Of a DNA stretch of 64,000 bases, positions 35,513 to 48,188 are shown piece by piece. A model generated the notes under the pieces. That model had not been told where the DNA came from. It ran no database searches and was given only the letters and a program-made list of their open reading frames with translations. The position numbers and the translations under genes were made by a program. The stretch is from Saprolegnia diclina VS20 (taxonomy: Eukaryota), in NCBI RefSeq assembly GCF_000281045.1, contig NW_008246081.1:480791-544790 (forward strand), in the 5' to 3' direction. How positions within the stretch are numbered: position 1 is the first letter of the stretch; every line of letters starts with the position of its first letter.

Positions 35513-36235
35513 TTAGACGATAGCGAGGCAGTTGAAGCAAGCAAGTAAGGGTGTGCTTTCCTACGGCGTCGGGTACAGGATGCGCGGCTCGTTGGGCGGA
35601 CGCACGGTCTTCCACGCCGCGTCGCACGCCACCGCGCTGCAGATGCCTAGGCGCCATGAGCGACTCGTCGTTGACAGAGAAGTACGTACGGCGTGCAATG
35701 CTGCGTGGGATTGAGTGGGCGGCGAAGAACGAGCCCCACACACCGAGGAAGGTCGAGACGCCAATGAGGGCGCCAAACGTCGTCTTGTACGCCATGCGCG
35801 CGGGACCGACCTCTATGGTTTGCGTGCGTATACAGAGGTGAAGGCCATCGTCATACCGGCAATCGTTTGCGACTGTATGATCTCGTCAAACGCCAGCGGC
35901 AGCGAGATGTACATGGCGTTGATGAGCAAGATGCGCTTCCCGAGTGCCGAGACGACCGGCTTGTGCATCATCGAAAAGAAGGCGTCAATGCGCGCGTAGA
36001 GCGGGAACATAAGGCCGCCAAGCGCCATGGGTGCGAGCGCCTTCTCCAGGCTAAGCTCTTTGCCGCCGACCTGGTTCAAGGTCTCGCAGACAAAGAGGAG
36101 GAGCGCGCCGTCGACGACCATGAGGCCGAGGCTCTGCGGCGCCGGAGCCGGCTTGACGCGGGCGGACGCAGTGACGTCGCGGCAGTGGCCCGCAGCGCGG
36201 TGGAGGCGGCGGGGCACGGCGCGGGCGACCTGCAT
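35513..36235 (-). CDS. Small multi-exon membrane protein, possibly a divergent Mpv17/PMP22-like protein with mitochondrial presequence
   Basis: Arg-rich N-terminus (MQVARAVPRRLHRAAG); hydrophobic segments; weak Mpv17-like spacing; 3' end tentative. Confidence 0.45.
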
Positions 36236-36659
36236 ACTTGGATTTTAGATTGCGAAAAAGGATTGTCGTCGAAGATCAATTTTGAACGAAAGATACAAAT
36301 CCGACATCTTGATGTTTGTATAGAACATCAGTCAACAATTGCTGTTTTAAACATATCCATGTCTCGAGAGCGTCTCATTGACCCATCTAGCGAGCTGAGC
36401 GGTGGAGGCAGATGAAGAGCATTAGTACGTAAAGCACATACGCCATGTATATATGCTATTGTAACGTAGAGACGTATCAGGTCTACGTCAGCACCGCCTC
36501 GTGTGCAGGGCAGCAGCGAGCCTGTGGTCTTTATGAGACGAAAAGGAGAATTGCCGTTGAAGATGGGCACATCCTATTTTAGCCAATCAAACACCGCAAT
36601 GCAAGCGCACCCACGTAAGAACGGGGTTCGTATAAGTGCGATATTGCCGATCCTTGGCG

Positions 36660-37850
36660 ATGGACGAAGACCACATGCGGGCCGTGCGGACGCACCTCGA
36701 CCGCGGGACGCAAACTGCAAACAGCGCGCTCGATACGCTGCTGGAAGATAGTGTGTCATGGCTCGCCGCGTTTTGCGAGCGATCTGCGAAGGATGTGACG
36801 CGTCGGCGGCTGCGATCGATCTTGGACATAAGCGCTATCCTCGCACCTTGTAGCCCAGAAGGCGCCGCTATGGACGTTGCCAAGAAGCGCCAACGAAGCA
36901 AGAGAGCGCTCTTAGTCGGCCACGCCAAGGCGGTGGCATCCAAAGGGCCTACTACTCGAGCCATGCTGGCATCGCGCCACACGAACCCATCGTCCGTGGC
37001 CATCGACGGTTGCGTCAAGGACGACCTCGAGCTGGATGCATCGACGCTCAAGGTCGTCGAGCTCAAGGCTGCGCTGAAGAAGCGCGGGCTGCGCGTCGGA
37101 GGACTCAAGAGTGTGCTCGTCGAACGGCTTCGAGCAGCGCTCCGCTTTGAACAAGCAGCACTGGCGGATCGCACGCTTGCATTGACAACCGATTTCTCGG
37201 GCGTCATCTCTTCCACTGCGATTCTCTCGGACGCAAGGACGAGTCCTTGCGAGCTTCAAGCGCGCGAACTACCTGTCACCAACGCTTGTGCAGCCTCTGG
37301 GGTGCCACCTCATGACGCCGCTTCACGCACGAGTCGACACCAACAGCACCATGAGGCCTCCTCGCTCTCTCCGATTGCAATGTGCATGTCAACCACGACA
37401 GCGGGATTCAACTTGGACGAGCCTCTCGGTTTTGCCTCCGAGAACCCGTTCGAGTCGCCGCTTGCAGCGCAGGCATTGCTGCATTCGTGGTCGCCATGGC
37501 CGCACGTTAGCACACAAGATCAACAATCTGGAGTCGCAGGAAATTGTGAGACGTCCGAGCTCCAGTGCAACACGGACACGTCGGTCATGCCCGGTGCGAT
37601 CCTACTGCGTCGGCCACCGCCGCTTGGCAAGACGCTGCAGCGGCATGCAGCTCCGTTCTCGAAGCCCGCGTCGACAGAGTCCGCTGCACCACCACCGCAA
37701 AGCCGCCTCGCGCGACGAGGCGTTGCGCAGAAGGAAGTCAATAAGAACGTCCCAGGAAAACGCGTCGACGTCGAGGGTGCCGGGCGCCGTGGAAAGCGAC
37801 CCCGTCTCGCACTTCCTTCCAAAGGACTCTTGTCGGCAATACGAGCTTGA
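36660..37850 (+). CDS. SAP-domain protein
   Basis: LDASTLKVVELKAALKKRGLRVGGLKSVLVERLRAAL is a canonical SAP motif; low-complexity basic C-terminus. Confidence 0.75.
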   Translation: MDEDHMRAVRTHLDRGTQTANSALDTLLEDSVSWLAAFCERSAKDVTRRRLRSILDISAILAPCSPEGAAMDVAKKRQRSKRALLVGHAKAVASKGPTTRAMLASRHTNPSSVAIDGCVKDDLELDASTLKVVELKAALKKRGLRVGGLKSVLVERLRAALRFEQAALADRTLALTTDFSGVISSTAILSDARTSPCELQARELPVTNACAASGVPPHDAASRTSRHQQHHEASSLSPIAMCMSTTTAGFNLDEPLGFASENPFESPLAAQALLHSWSPWPHVSTQDQQSGVAGNCETSELQCNTDTSVMPGAILLRRPPPLGKTLQRHAAPFSKPASTESAAPPPQSRLARRGVAQKEVNKNVPGKRVDVEGAGRRGKRPRLALPSKGLLSAIRA

Positions 37851-39045
37851 GGAGGCCGGCCAAAACATTCGTGTCTCGTCCGTCAAAGTTTACTAGTCTT
37901 TTCTACTACTGGTTTTTGGGGTTGGTCGTCGGCGTCAGTCATTTACCCTTGCAATAGTCGGCTGGTAGACTTCGTACATCAAGCCAAGCAACTACATGCC
38001 GGGACGCAATGTTGGAGTCGCAGCAATTCTATGTCGAGATACCTTCTCGAATAAGCGGAGCCACAGAGCAATGCCCGACGAAGGACGAAGAAAGGGCGTG
38101 TTTGACGTGAAAGCCACTGGCACTGTCGTGAAGTACCCGACTGGTCGAAACCTGAGCGCTGTCGCCCTCTAGGAGGTTTGGTCGTTTCTGAACAATCGTT
38201 CGCCCATGTGCGAGGGATGACATATATTTTGCTGCATACTGAGCTCAATCGACACGATGTAGCCGTGACGCATATCCGTGCAGTGGATGTGCTTCAATGG
38301 GATCAAAATGGCATGTTCGATCTACGTGCCATGGTCGCTGGCTCAGTAAGATTGCAATCGCCATTGTTGTGCTACTGCAGCGCATGTGCACCCACCGCTG
38401 TCTGCGCAAGAATGCCAGCTGCTTGATGTTCAAAGACCCATCTCGAACCGACGCGTTGCAGCCATGGAGACTTCTCCATGTGCAGCTTCATGCGCGCTGC
38501 CAGCGCACAGACCGCCAGAATTCTTCGATGTCGAGAGAAGAAGACTTGGGCGTAAAAAAAACACATGCAATATGCATTTTACCTGCAAAACAAACCGTCC
38601 AATGCCACAAACACTGCATTTTTATAGCCTAATCAAATCGCTTACCTAGGTGCGCCAGAAAGGCATCAACTGTGAAACTGCGGCCGGCTCACATGGTCAG
38701 TGTTTGGCTTTGGCATCAAATATGCATACTATACACACAAAATGTATATATACTTTCTAAAATTGCATGCAAACTCTCGATGCCAATGACTGGGCTTGTT
38801 GCTCAAGACGGCAACTTGGCGCCGGTTGGGAAACGGAGCATACAAAACCCAAGGCATTCGCGTAAGCTTCAAGCTGCGACAGTGCCCTTCCGCCGCTAAG
38901 GGTTCATCCTCCCACTCTTTGTCTTGGCGCTAGCTTCGTTCATTGGTCGGCGGAGCAAATGTATCACCGATTTAAGGCGAATCATCACCCATGCCTGGCC
39001 ATCTGGCGGCGCTCTGCCAACCGCCGTCCGGGGATCCCTCTCGGT

Positions 39046-39061
39046 TCATTTTCCCATTTGC
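39046..39061 (+). promoter_or_regulatory. Oomycete Inr+FPR core promoter
   Basis: TCATTTTCCCATTTGC about 20 nt upstream of ATG 39082. Confidence 0.65.
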
Positions 39062-39081
39062 CTGTATCGCAACACTTCAGA

Positions 39082-40423
39082 ATGCCGACGGAAACGATCG
39101 CCGCCCTTCCTGCACAGCAGGTGCCCATCGTGGACTTTGCCACCTTGACGGACTCGAACGAGCTCGGCTCGCTCATTGAAGCGGCTTACGGCCCCAAGGG
39201 CCTTGGCATCATGGCCGTCGCCAACGTCCCGGGCCTCGAGGAGCTCCGCACAAAGCTTTTGCCGCTCGCGTTCCGCTTTGCGAACCTGCCCGCGGACGTC
39301 AAGACCAAGTACGAGCTTGAGAAGGCATACTACGGCTTTGGCTGGAGCCACGGCAAGGAGAACCTCCAGGGCAAGCCCGACTACTCCAAGGGCTCGTTCT
39401 ACAACAACCCGCTCCACAACGTCAAGACGGACGATGCGCAGCTCATCAAGCAATTCCCGACGTTCTACCACGACAACATTTGGCCCACGGGTACGTTTTG
39501 CGACGCTGCATCTTGACCATGGTGCTGAAGTGCGCCTTGTAGAGGAAATCCCGGAGCTTGAAGATGCGTTCATGAAGCTCGGGCAGCTCATTGTGAGCAC
39601 GGGTCTCCTTGTTGCCAAGCAGTGCGACAAGTATGTCGAGGTACGCAACGGCTTGCAGTACCACGTAAAAACTCATGGAACTTGCACCTTAGTCGCAGTG
39701 CCCGACGTACGAAGCCGGGAAGCTCTACCGCATCATCAAGGAAAGCCGGTCGTGCGTCGGCCGCCTCCTCCACTACTTTGCCATGGCTGCGGTGCGGCAA
39801 TTCCTCGCGCATGCACCATCCATGTGCTCATATATGGTCGTGTAGGCGGACCTCGAGAAGCGCGAAGTGTCGTCGGAGAGCGTCGAGGCCGAATTCTCGA
39901 GCTGGTGTGGCTGGCACAACGACCACAGCGCGCTTACGGGCCTTGTCCAAGCGCTCTTCACCGACATGAGCGGTGCCACGATCGACAACCCGGATCCGAG
40001 CGTACGACATCCATTCGATCTACTTGGTTCAAACGCTCATGCTCTACACTCCAGGCGGGACTCTACATCAAGAACCGCGACGGCCAGATCGTTCGCGCGC
40101 TCATCCCGAAGGGGCACCTCGTGTACCAGATTGGCGAGACGTCCCAGATCCTTACGGGCGGCATCCTCCAGGCGACGCCGCACGCCGTGCGTGGGCCGCA
40201 AGTGCCTAACGTCAACCGCGAGACGATGGCGGTCTTTATGGGTCCCGAGCACAACGAGCCCATGTTCATCCCGGAAGGCATGAACCCGCAGAGCGCGGGG
40301 CAGAGCGATAACCTTCCGCTCGGCGTGCCGCCGCTTCTCTCGCGTTGGGACAACTCGATGGTGTTCCACCAGTTCACCAAGAAGACCCTCGACGCGTACT
40401 ATGACTTGTCAAAAAGCCCCTAA
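39082..40423 (+). CDS. 2-oxoglutarate/Fe(II) dioxygenase (IPNS/DIOX_N-like), multi-exon
   Basis: VPIVDF, YGFGWSHGKE, GRLLHYF, WCGWHNDHSALTGL (HxD), AGLYIKNR, YQIGET, ATPHAV (distal His), RETMAVFM. Confidence 0.92.
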
Positions 40424-40544
40424 GTACATGCTCTTTCTCTGGTAACACATAACGCAATTCATTTAATATGTCATTTTCGCGCCAAGAGACAAGTCGAAAA
40501 AAAGCGTTTCACCGAGTTTGAACCGGCGCCAAAACCACTCGAGC

Positions 40545-42768
40545 ATGCTGGCAAGCATCCAGGATGCGACGCCCGTCGTCTGCGGCGCCGCGTTCACGCG
40601 CCAACACGCCACCGACGACGAGACCGACGAACCCATCGACTTTAGCACGACGCCGCTCTCGCTCCGGCGCGCCCTAATCTCGGTGGTGTCATACCTCTTG
40701 CTGCTGACCGATGTACCCCGCACGACGTCCACCGACGGCAGCATTCATGGCACGTCGATGGAGCCCAACGTTTACTTGGTGGACCTTCCGACCCCTCTTT
40801 CGATACTGCACTATACGCAGTCGACGACCACGTGGCGCGCAACGAGCGGCAACACTTCGGTCGAGTCCCTCCCCGTCGCCACGTACAAGACGTCGCCGTC
40901 GGCCGCCGCTGTCCGCGGCTACGTTTACAACCGTAATCTGTGGCCCAAATGTTTCGACTACGCCGCCGACTGCGGGTCGGACGCCATTCCAGTGCCCGAG
41001 GTGCGCAGGTCTTCTTTCGAGCAGCACTGAGCGGCTCGTAGGTCGTAGGTTTTTGGAACACCGTCATCGCAGCCACAGCGGCGGCACCCGCGCCGAGAGC
41101 CTTCTTTAGCGTCAACACGACGCTCAAGTACTCGCTGCGCGTCCAGGACGACCGGCTCGACCGCATTTATGACTACATTGCGTTTCAGTTTGTCGACCTC
41201 ACCGCGTACCGGTCGATCTGGGTCTCGTACTCCAACGCCTCGGTCGCGTCGCTCTGCGCTATCAACGCGATCGGGCGACCGCTCTTTTGCAGCAAGAGCT
41301 GGGCGTCGCGGGCGGCCGTCTCGGTCGTCAACGACATCACAGCACGCACGATGACGCTGCAGGCGCAGTACCCGGACGCTACCATCGACGTGTTTATTGC
41401 AGAGTCCGAGGCCGACCCAGCACGGCGCCACGGCGGCTTTGCGTACGTGGGCTTTTCCGCCTTCGACACGACGACCGTCCTCCGCGCAATGCAAAACAAC
41501 GTGACGATCGCACTGGACGAAGTCCGCTACGCCGGCAGCCGTATCTGGACCAACATGGGGGTTAGCGCACACGTGTGGTCTCGAGGTCCTCCTCATATTT
41601 TGTGTAGAGCTGGACGTCGTACACCCAAGGGTTTCGGTCGATTGGGCAAGCCTACATGGGACTGCGCCTTGTCATGCTCTTTCTCGGCTGCTACGTTGCG
41701 ACCGACGGCGACAAGAGAGCTGCGGTGCGCGCGATGCTTTTGGTGCCGAGCCAAGTTGTGGTCTACGGCAGTTGGTTCCCCGTGCTTTGCTACGCTGTTG
41801 CACACCTCATCGACGCGCCCGTCACATATACGGCGACCGAGCAGCTCTACTCGACGATCGCAGAGTTTGTCGCGCTGCCCTTCACCACCATCTGCTACAT
41901 TTTCGCAGTGCGCCTTCGCGCTGTCTGGGTGCTTGCGCTCTTTGTCAAGCTCTTCTCGTTCGTCATCAACGTCGGTGTGTGGCACCCCAACGGCACGATT
42001 GGTCTCCGCGGGCACCTCTTCTCGCTTTTGTGCCTCCTCGCTCTTGTATCAATGTTTCAAGTCGATATGCTCCGTGCCGTCCCGGTCCGCGCCGTCTTTG
42101 TCGTCGAGCCCAGCACTGTGATTGCGCTGTACATGTCGGAGGTGTTTACTGACATGAACAACCGCCTCTCGGGCTTCTACCACGACACGCTCTCGGTGGC
42201 TGCGGCGTTTCTCCTACTCGCGCTGCCCGTCGCGCTCGGCGTCCAGTGGTGGCGCCACTACCACAACGTAGTGCACTGGCGCCGTCACCCGCTCTTCTTT
42301 GGCAAAACCAAAGCGCCGTTTGCTGCCGCCAAGCTCTGGTCGAGCACGGCCATGACCATTAGCTGGGGCGACGGCTTCCTGGACGTCGACCCTATCTCGG
42401 CGCTCGCCACTGTGCCGCTGCCGCGCTCCGAGGGGGCGCAGGCCTCACGTCTCAGCTCTCGAATCGCCTCTCGTAAGATCTCGACGACCTTTTTTCGCGC
42501 CGACCACGACACGTCGACCAAGCACATACTGATGAATATCGTGCATATGAGCGACCCGATATCGTTCCTCTGGCTCTCGAGCGGCAGCCTCGTCGTGTAC
42601 GAGTACGGCATTGTGACGCCGACGCGCGAGAAGAAGCGCATCTTGCACCCGTTTACGAAGGACGACATCATCTACCACTGCTACGACATTGCCCGGGAAG
42701 AGCTCACGCTGGAGCAGACGCTGCCCACAAAAGACGTAGCGTGGCGGCGCCTCGTGCGCTGCTACTAG
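40545..42768 (+). CDS. Oomycete-type multi-pass membrane protein of unknown function (two introns)
   Basis: N-terminal TM SVVSYLLLLTDVPRT; Cys-containing ectodomain with N-glycosylation sites; several TM helices (QVVVYGSWFPVLCYAVAHLIDAP); C-terminal LMNIVHMSDP. Confidence 0.75.
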
Positions 42769-42979
42769 CACCATTTATATGCGTCTCTACATTCAAAAAC
42801 ATGTATCTCTCTCGTGGTGTGTTGGGCACGCGATGCACAAAAGGAGGTGGCGCAACGATCGTATCAATGTATCAAGCTGATTCGGGTCCAGATGATCAAC
42901 TTCCAAGATCGAACGTTTGCCTTCAGATCCAACGCAGCCTGCCTCGTCCCTAGGGAAGGTAGCTTGTTGGCTGTGCGTA

Positions 42980-43620
42980 TGACACGATATCAATGTCATC
43001 TCGAACAAAACCTGGTGTCGACTAGAAGCATCAGCCGCTCTGGACGGTGTGTGTGGCGTGTTGAACCAGTGATAACCATAGCACACTTCGTAAGCACGAG
43101 AAAAACGCCGGATTAAACGATGTGGCGGGTCGTTCTGCATCCTGACTAGCAATTGCTACGGCTGCGCGCGCGGTCTTGGTCTGCGACGTGGTGTCATGCG
43201 GCGCGTGCCCAAAGTTCCCAGAGCAGCTGCATGAAGCCGTCGCCAAGTTCACGGCCACAGCGCGCGACGTGTATGACCCTGCGCCCGCTACGTCTACGGC
43301 AGTCAACCCGGCTTGACGCAAGCCTGTCGTCGGTCGATCGCGGCGTTTTCGCAGCGCTCAAAAAGGCCACGGGCTTTGAGATTCTTCTCGCTTCGCTTCG
43401 TCGGCGGATCCGACGCAGCTGGTCGTCGAGGCGGTTGGGCGACTTCCCCTGCATCAGCCGGCAAAAAATCCTCGAGGCTGTCGTTGGTCTGCCCGTGCAC
43501 CAGTGCTTCGGCGCTCGCCCTGATGGCAACGACCACGCCGTCCAGGCGCTGATCGACCCGCGCTCGACGGTACTGCGCTTCTTCGACGACAAGGAGGTCG
43601 TGGACTTCTCGAGGAAGTAG
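42980..43620 (+). pseudogene. Possible decayed gene fragment
   Basis: Codon-biased 3' ORF (SVDRGVFAALKKATGFEILLASL...) lacks a start and shifts frame upstream; no intact 5' part. Confidence 0.3.
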
Positions 43621-44269
43621 CTATATATTCGCTTCTTTGACCATAACGTCGGACAACATTAATTTTTATTTCTCTTGATATTGATACGCTTGGCATCTCG
43701 GGCAAACCAGCGGTCGGGACCGGCTAGCATGACATCCTCGAAACACGTACCTACATCGTCGCTCCGGTTATTGACACATCTCGACCGAGCACTCTAGTCG
43801 AACCCTAGCCATATTATAACCTGACAACTACTGTACTAACCAGTTGAACAACATAACCCTACCCGCGGCTCAAGTGCACCATCTCTAAGCCTCGTTTGCA
43901 CGCTGCATGACTCCATGAGCGCCACGGACAGTGTCATGCGATCGCGCTCCGTCAAGTGTACACATTGTCACTGCCGGCATGGGCGGTGGACGCACGCAAT
44001 GCGCCAAAATCTCGAAAAGTCCATGTTGCAGTCGTGAAAAAAGCGTCTTGGCCGGGGTTGGAAGCGCCGCCACCGAGTGCAATGCATGTACCTACCCTAT
44101 TGAAAGGCTACGGGCGTCGTCATGGGATGCAAACCAAGGGTGCGTCGCGCCAACGGGCTCGAGAAGTTGCGACTTCAAGGTGGCAAGAGCTAGGACCCTG
44201 TTAAGTGCGATTTTACAATAGCTTGATATTTGTAGACTGTCTGGATCAAGTGCGCTTGGCCGAGTGAGC

Positions 44270-44285
44270 CCATTTTGCGTTTTGC
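44270..44285 (+). promoter_or_regulatory. Oomycete Inr+FPR core promoter of the Dicer-like helicase gene
   Basis: CCATTTTGCGTTTTGC ends 17 nt before ATG 44303. Confidence 0.6.
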
Positions 44286-44302
44286 TGATCGACGAGCACG
44301 AC

Positions 44303-46532
44303 ATGGCGTCGTTGCGCGACTACCAGGAAGAGGTCGTGGCGCTGGCGCGGACGACGAACGTCGTCATGGTCGGTAGCACGGGCATCGGCAAGACGTTCGT
44401 GTCGATCATGCTCCTCCGCGAGCAAGACTACTCGGTGCAGCGGGCGTTTGTGATGGCGCCGACGCGGCAGCTCGTGACGCAGATCCACGCCAAGATCCTC
44501 AAGCTGACGACGCTCAAGGTCAAGGCGTACTGCGGCCGCGAAGTCGAGGTTTGGGACCATACGCAGTGGGCGAACGAGCTACTGCTCAACTCCGTACTTG
44601 TCTGCACGCCCGAGATCCTCCGCAACATCCTCGCGAAAGGCTACATTACGTTTGAGCGCATCAACCTCCTCGTCTTTGACGAGTGCCACCACACGGCCAA
44701 GCGCCACCCGTACAACCAGATCATGAAAGAGTACAAGAAGAATGCGGCCGTGTCGAAGCCGCGCATCTTTGGCACGACGGCCTGCCCAACGCTCGAGTGC
44801 GCGAGCAACTTGGAGGCGACCTTGAAGAAGATCACGATGGACGCAAATGCGATGGGCTTGTACGCGGCCTGCGCGCCCATGCTGCACGAGACGTACCCCG
44901 CGCGTGATGACTTCATGGCCGACAAGGACGACGTCACGTTGCTCCTCGAGGCCGTCGATGGCCTGCGCGTCTTTGAGTACCTCATGACCAAGGCCGACTA
45001 TGGCGCGGCGACGCCGCCCGAGAAGCGCTCTGCACGCCTCGCCAAGCTCGTCATGGACTGCACGAGCGTGTACCAGAACCTCGGGCCGTGGTGCCTCTAC
45101 CGGTACCTCGAGATTGAGATTGAGCGCCAAGCGCGCAAGGCGTCGCTCAAGTGCACGACGGCAGGTCACATGACGGGCCTCGATCCGCAAGCGATCTTTG
45201 CACTCCTCCTCTGCCGCTCCAAGTGCCACGAGGTCGCGTTTGCCTGCACGCCCAAGCTCCAGAAGATTGTCGACATCCTCCGCGATCGCCTCTTTGTGAC
45301 GCCAGTGGACACGACGGCGGGCGATGATGAGACCCTTGGGACGACCTCTGCGTCGGACGATGCTGCCAGTGAGACGGACGAGGACGCTTATGACAATGAC
45401 AGCAATGCGCCAAAAACGCTCGAAGACATTCTCTCGGACCTGAGTGACGACGACGACGACGATGTCGAAGACACGGACGCGCCGCCTACCGCCGACAATC
45501 TCAAGTGCGTCATCTTTGTCAACCGACGCGCCGAGTGCCGTGCGCTCACCGACTACCTCAACGCGCGCTTCCCACCACCGCCGAGCGGGACGCTCTTTGG
45601 GTGCATGCTCGGCCAAGCGAGCTCGAAAGACGCGGCGTCCTTTGACGTGCCGAGCATGACGCAGCTCCTCTCGGCGTTCGAGTCGGGCGACACGCGCGTC
45701 ATGGTGTCGACGTCGGTCTCGTGCGAAGGCGTCGACTTTCCAATGTGCGCGATGGTCATTTGCGCCGACCCGATCACATGCCCCCGCATGTTCATCCAAG
45801 TACGTACTCCGACTGAGATTGCATTTTGGCGATCGGTCGCACTAGGTGCGGGGCCGTGCCCGGCACGCGGACGGCGCATGCTTTTACCTCACGGACGCGA
45901 TGGCCGTCGACGACGCGACGCAGTTCCACGTGCTCGTGCGACAAGCCAACGAGATTGGCATGCTCGAGTTTGGCTGCGACAAGGCGGTGACGCTCTCGAC
46001 GCAGCCGCTCTCGGTCATTGCGAGCACGAACCGACTGCAGTACACGGTCTCGCACTCGACGCAGGACGCAGCGATCCCGTCGTCGCTCACGGTTGGAATA
46101 CCAGGTCGGGTCGCAGCTATTGACATGGTGGCGTAGGTGGACGAGACGGGCGCGGTGCTAGACCTCGACTCTGCGATCTCGCGTCTGAACGAGTTTTGCC
46201 AGTCGCTGCCGCAGTTTGCCAAGTACAATTTGTCGCCGGTCTTTACGTTTAACGAGATGGTGACGCCCACGAAGCAGCGCCGCTTCCAAGCAAAGCTGCA
46301 GCTGCCCGCGCAGCTCGACCTGCCGCTGTTTGAGACGCCGTTCATGACGTCCAAGGCGGTGGCCAAGGCGATCGCGGCGTTTCGCGCCTGCGAAGCGCTC
46401 TTCCTCCGCGGTGAGATCGATGCGCACCTCAACCCTGTGCACCGCAACAAGAAGCTGCGGGACCTCACGACCATTGCACGGCTCACCCCGCCGCCCAAGC
46501 GCCCGAGAGGCAACGAGACGACGGTCTCGTGA
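44303..46532 (+). CDS. Dicer-type DExH helicase + DUF283 (Dicer dimerisation) protein without RNase III domains; ~712 aa; exons 44303-45799, 45846-46091, 46137-46532
   Basis: LRDYQ, GSTGIGKT, MAPTRQLV, CTPE, FDECHH..KRHPYNQIM, IFGTTACP, IFVNRR, STSVSCEGVDFP, FIQ|VRGRAR; DUF283 LDSAISRLNEFCQSLP...LQLP...KAVAKAIAAFRACEALF..GEIDAHLNP. Confidence 0.92.
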
Positions 46533-46562
46533 TGTGTAGTACACGTTTGGTTTTGTCAAGTG

Positions 46563-47500
46563 TTAGAGCATGAAGGCGAGGTCGGGGTTTTTGAGCCCGT
46601 CGCCAAAGTAGGCAAAGCCGTAGACGCTCGAGCGGGGCTTGTGGAAGAAGAGCGTCCCCGGGTACTGCAAGTGGCGCAAGACAATCGCCGCGCCCGTGTT
46701 GTCCTTGCGCAGGTCCCAGACGCCGTCGAGGTCGACCGAGATTGGATCGAGAAAGTCGGCTGCGCGCACCAAGCCGGGCTGCGACAGCGCGCTCTTGCGC
46801 TCGGCCGAGTCGGCCGGCCGGTAGTGGTAGTAGCTGCTCAGCTGCTGCGCGCGGTCCCACGTGAGCCCTGCCTCCACAGTCATCGCAACGCCTGTGGATG
46901 TATTCTAGCCCACCTTGAAAGTGGCGGTTGGCCACGACGTGGTGCGTGGCCGAGACCACGTACGCGCCGCAGGGCACGATGGACGCCGCGTTATCAATGG
47001 CCTATACGCCCCATGAACGGTCGCGCAAGGCGGTTTGCGACGGCAAAGTACCTCGACGACGACGACAAGCCGGTCGACTTCGCGGAAGACGTCCTTGTTG
47101 TTGTCGTCTTGGCCGTCGTCGCTCTCGTCCATGGGGCGCGACGGATCGCCTTTGAGCCGCCCCGTGTACTTGGCGGCCTTGTCGCGCTTGTCTTTGGAGA
47201 CTTCGGGAAACTGCTGCAGCTCGGGCGACGTGTTGGTGCTAGCACACGAGTCGTGACGAGCGAGTAGGGAGGCGCGTACCAAAAGTAAAATTTCTTTGTC
47301 GGCACGTCGAGCGCGTCGACGTGGGCGACGCAAACCACGTAGTCCTGCGCCTCGCCAAGGATCTTGCCCCAGAGCCGCATGCCCCCAATGTTCTCGGTCG
47401 CCTGGCGCCGGAGAAAGCCGATCTCAAGGTTCGAGCGCTCTTGCGCCGTGAGCGCGTAGCCGAGGCAGCGGCTCAGCACGTCCAAGTGGTCGAGCTCCAT
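46563..47500 (-). CDS. RSPH9: Radial spoke head protein 9 (flagellar axoneme), multi-exon
   Basis: LWGKILGEAQDYV, KKFYF, LKGDP, FREVDRL, IVPCGAY, VANRHFQG, VLRHLQYPG..FFH, YFGDGLKNPDLAFML. Confidence 0.92.
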
Positions 47501-48188
47501 GTCGCGTCGCAAATTGCACTTTGTGACGCTTCGTGGGCGGTCGCGATCTTATTTCATAGAAAATTCCCCATCGACGCGCGCCATGTGATGTTGGTCGACA
47601 CTTGGGATACACTAGACCTGGCACGATACCGCTGTGCAGCCGAGGGCAACTGCACCGTCGGCTTGCGCTCTGCCTGCACTGGGAATAGGACAGTGCCAAA
47701 CGGCGCCCTCTTCAATGGCCAAGCACCTCGCTTGCACTGACGTTGCATCACCTTGTCGTGTTGCACCTCTTTGCGAAATCAAGTGCATATCAAGCAGCAA
47801 GCTACTTCAACATTCAACATTGAAGATCATAGTTAAAGTTAAATGCTTCAATGCTTGCTAGGTTCATAGGATAACAAAAGTAATTCAGTTTTACATTTGC
47901 CACCAACTCACCACCAACAACGGCCTGCGTGGCACACCTCGACGCCGTCCTGTTCCGTTTAGCGGCGAAGAGAGCCGCCGCGTCATACTCGACTTGGTGT
48001 CACTCTTGCCCTCCCCGATGCGCTCGCTCTTCGTCGAGCCGCCTTGTCTTGGTGTGGTCCTGCTGTCTCACATACAGTCGACACGCGACAAAGGCTGCAG
48101 ATCAACGCTAACGTCGCGACTGTCGTCGACGGACGAGACGCTAGGGAAGGAGGGCGAGGTCCATCGTTCACACTACATACTTGTATAT

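Noticed and set aside
43801..43865. AACCCTA words as a telomere or interstitial telomeric repeat
   Set aside because: Isolated single copies, not a tandem array
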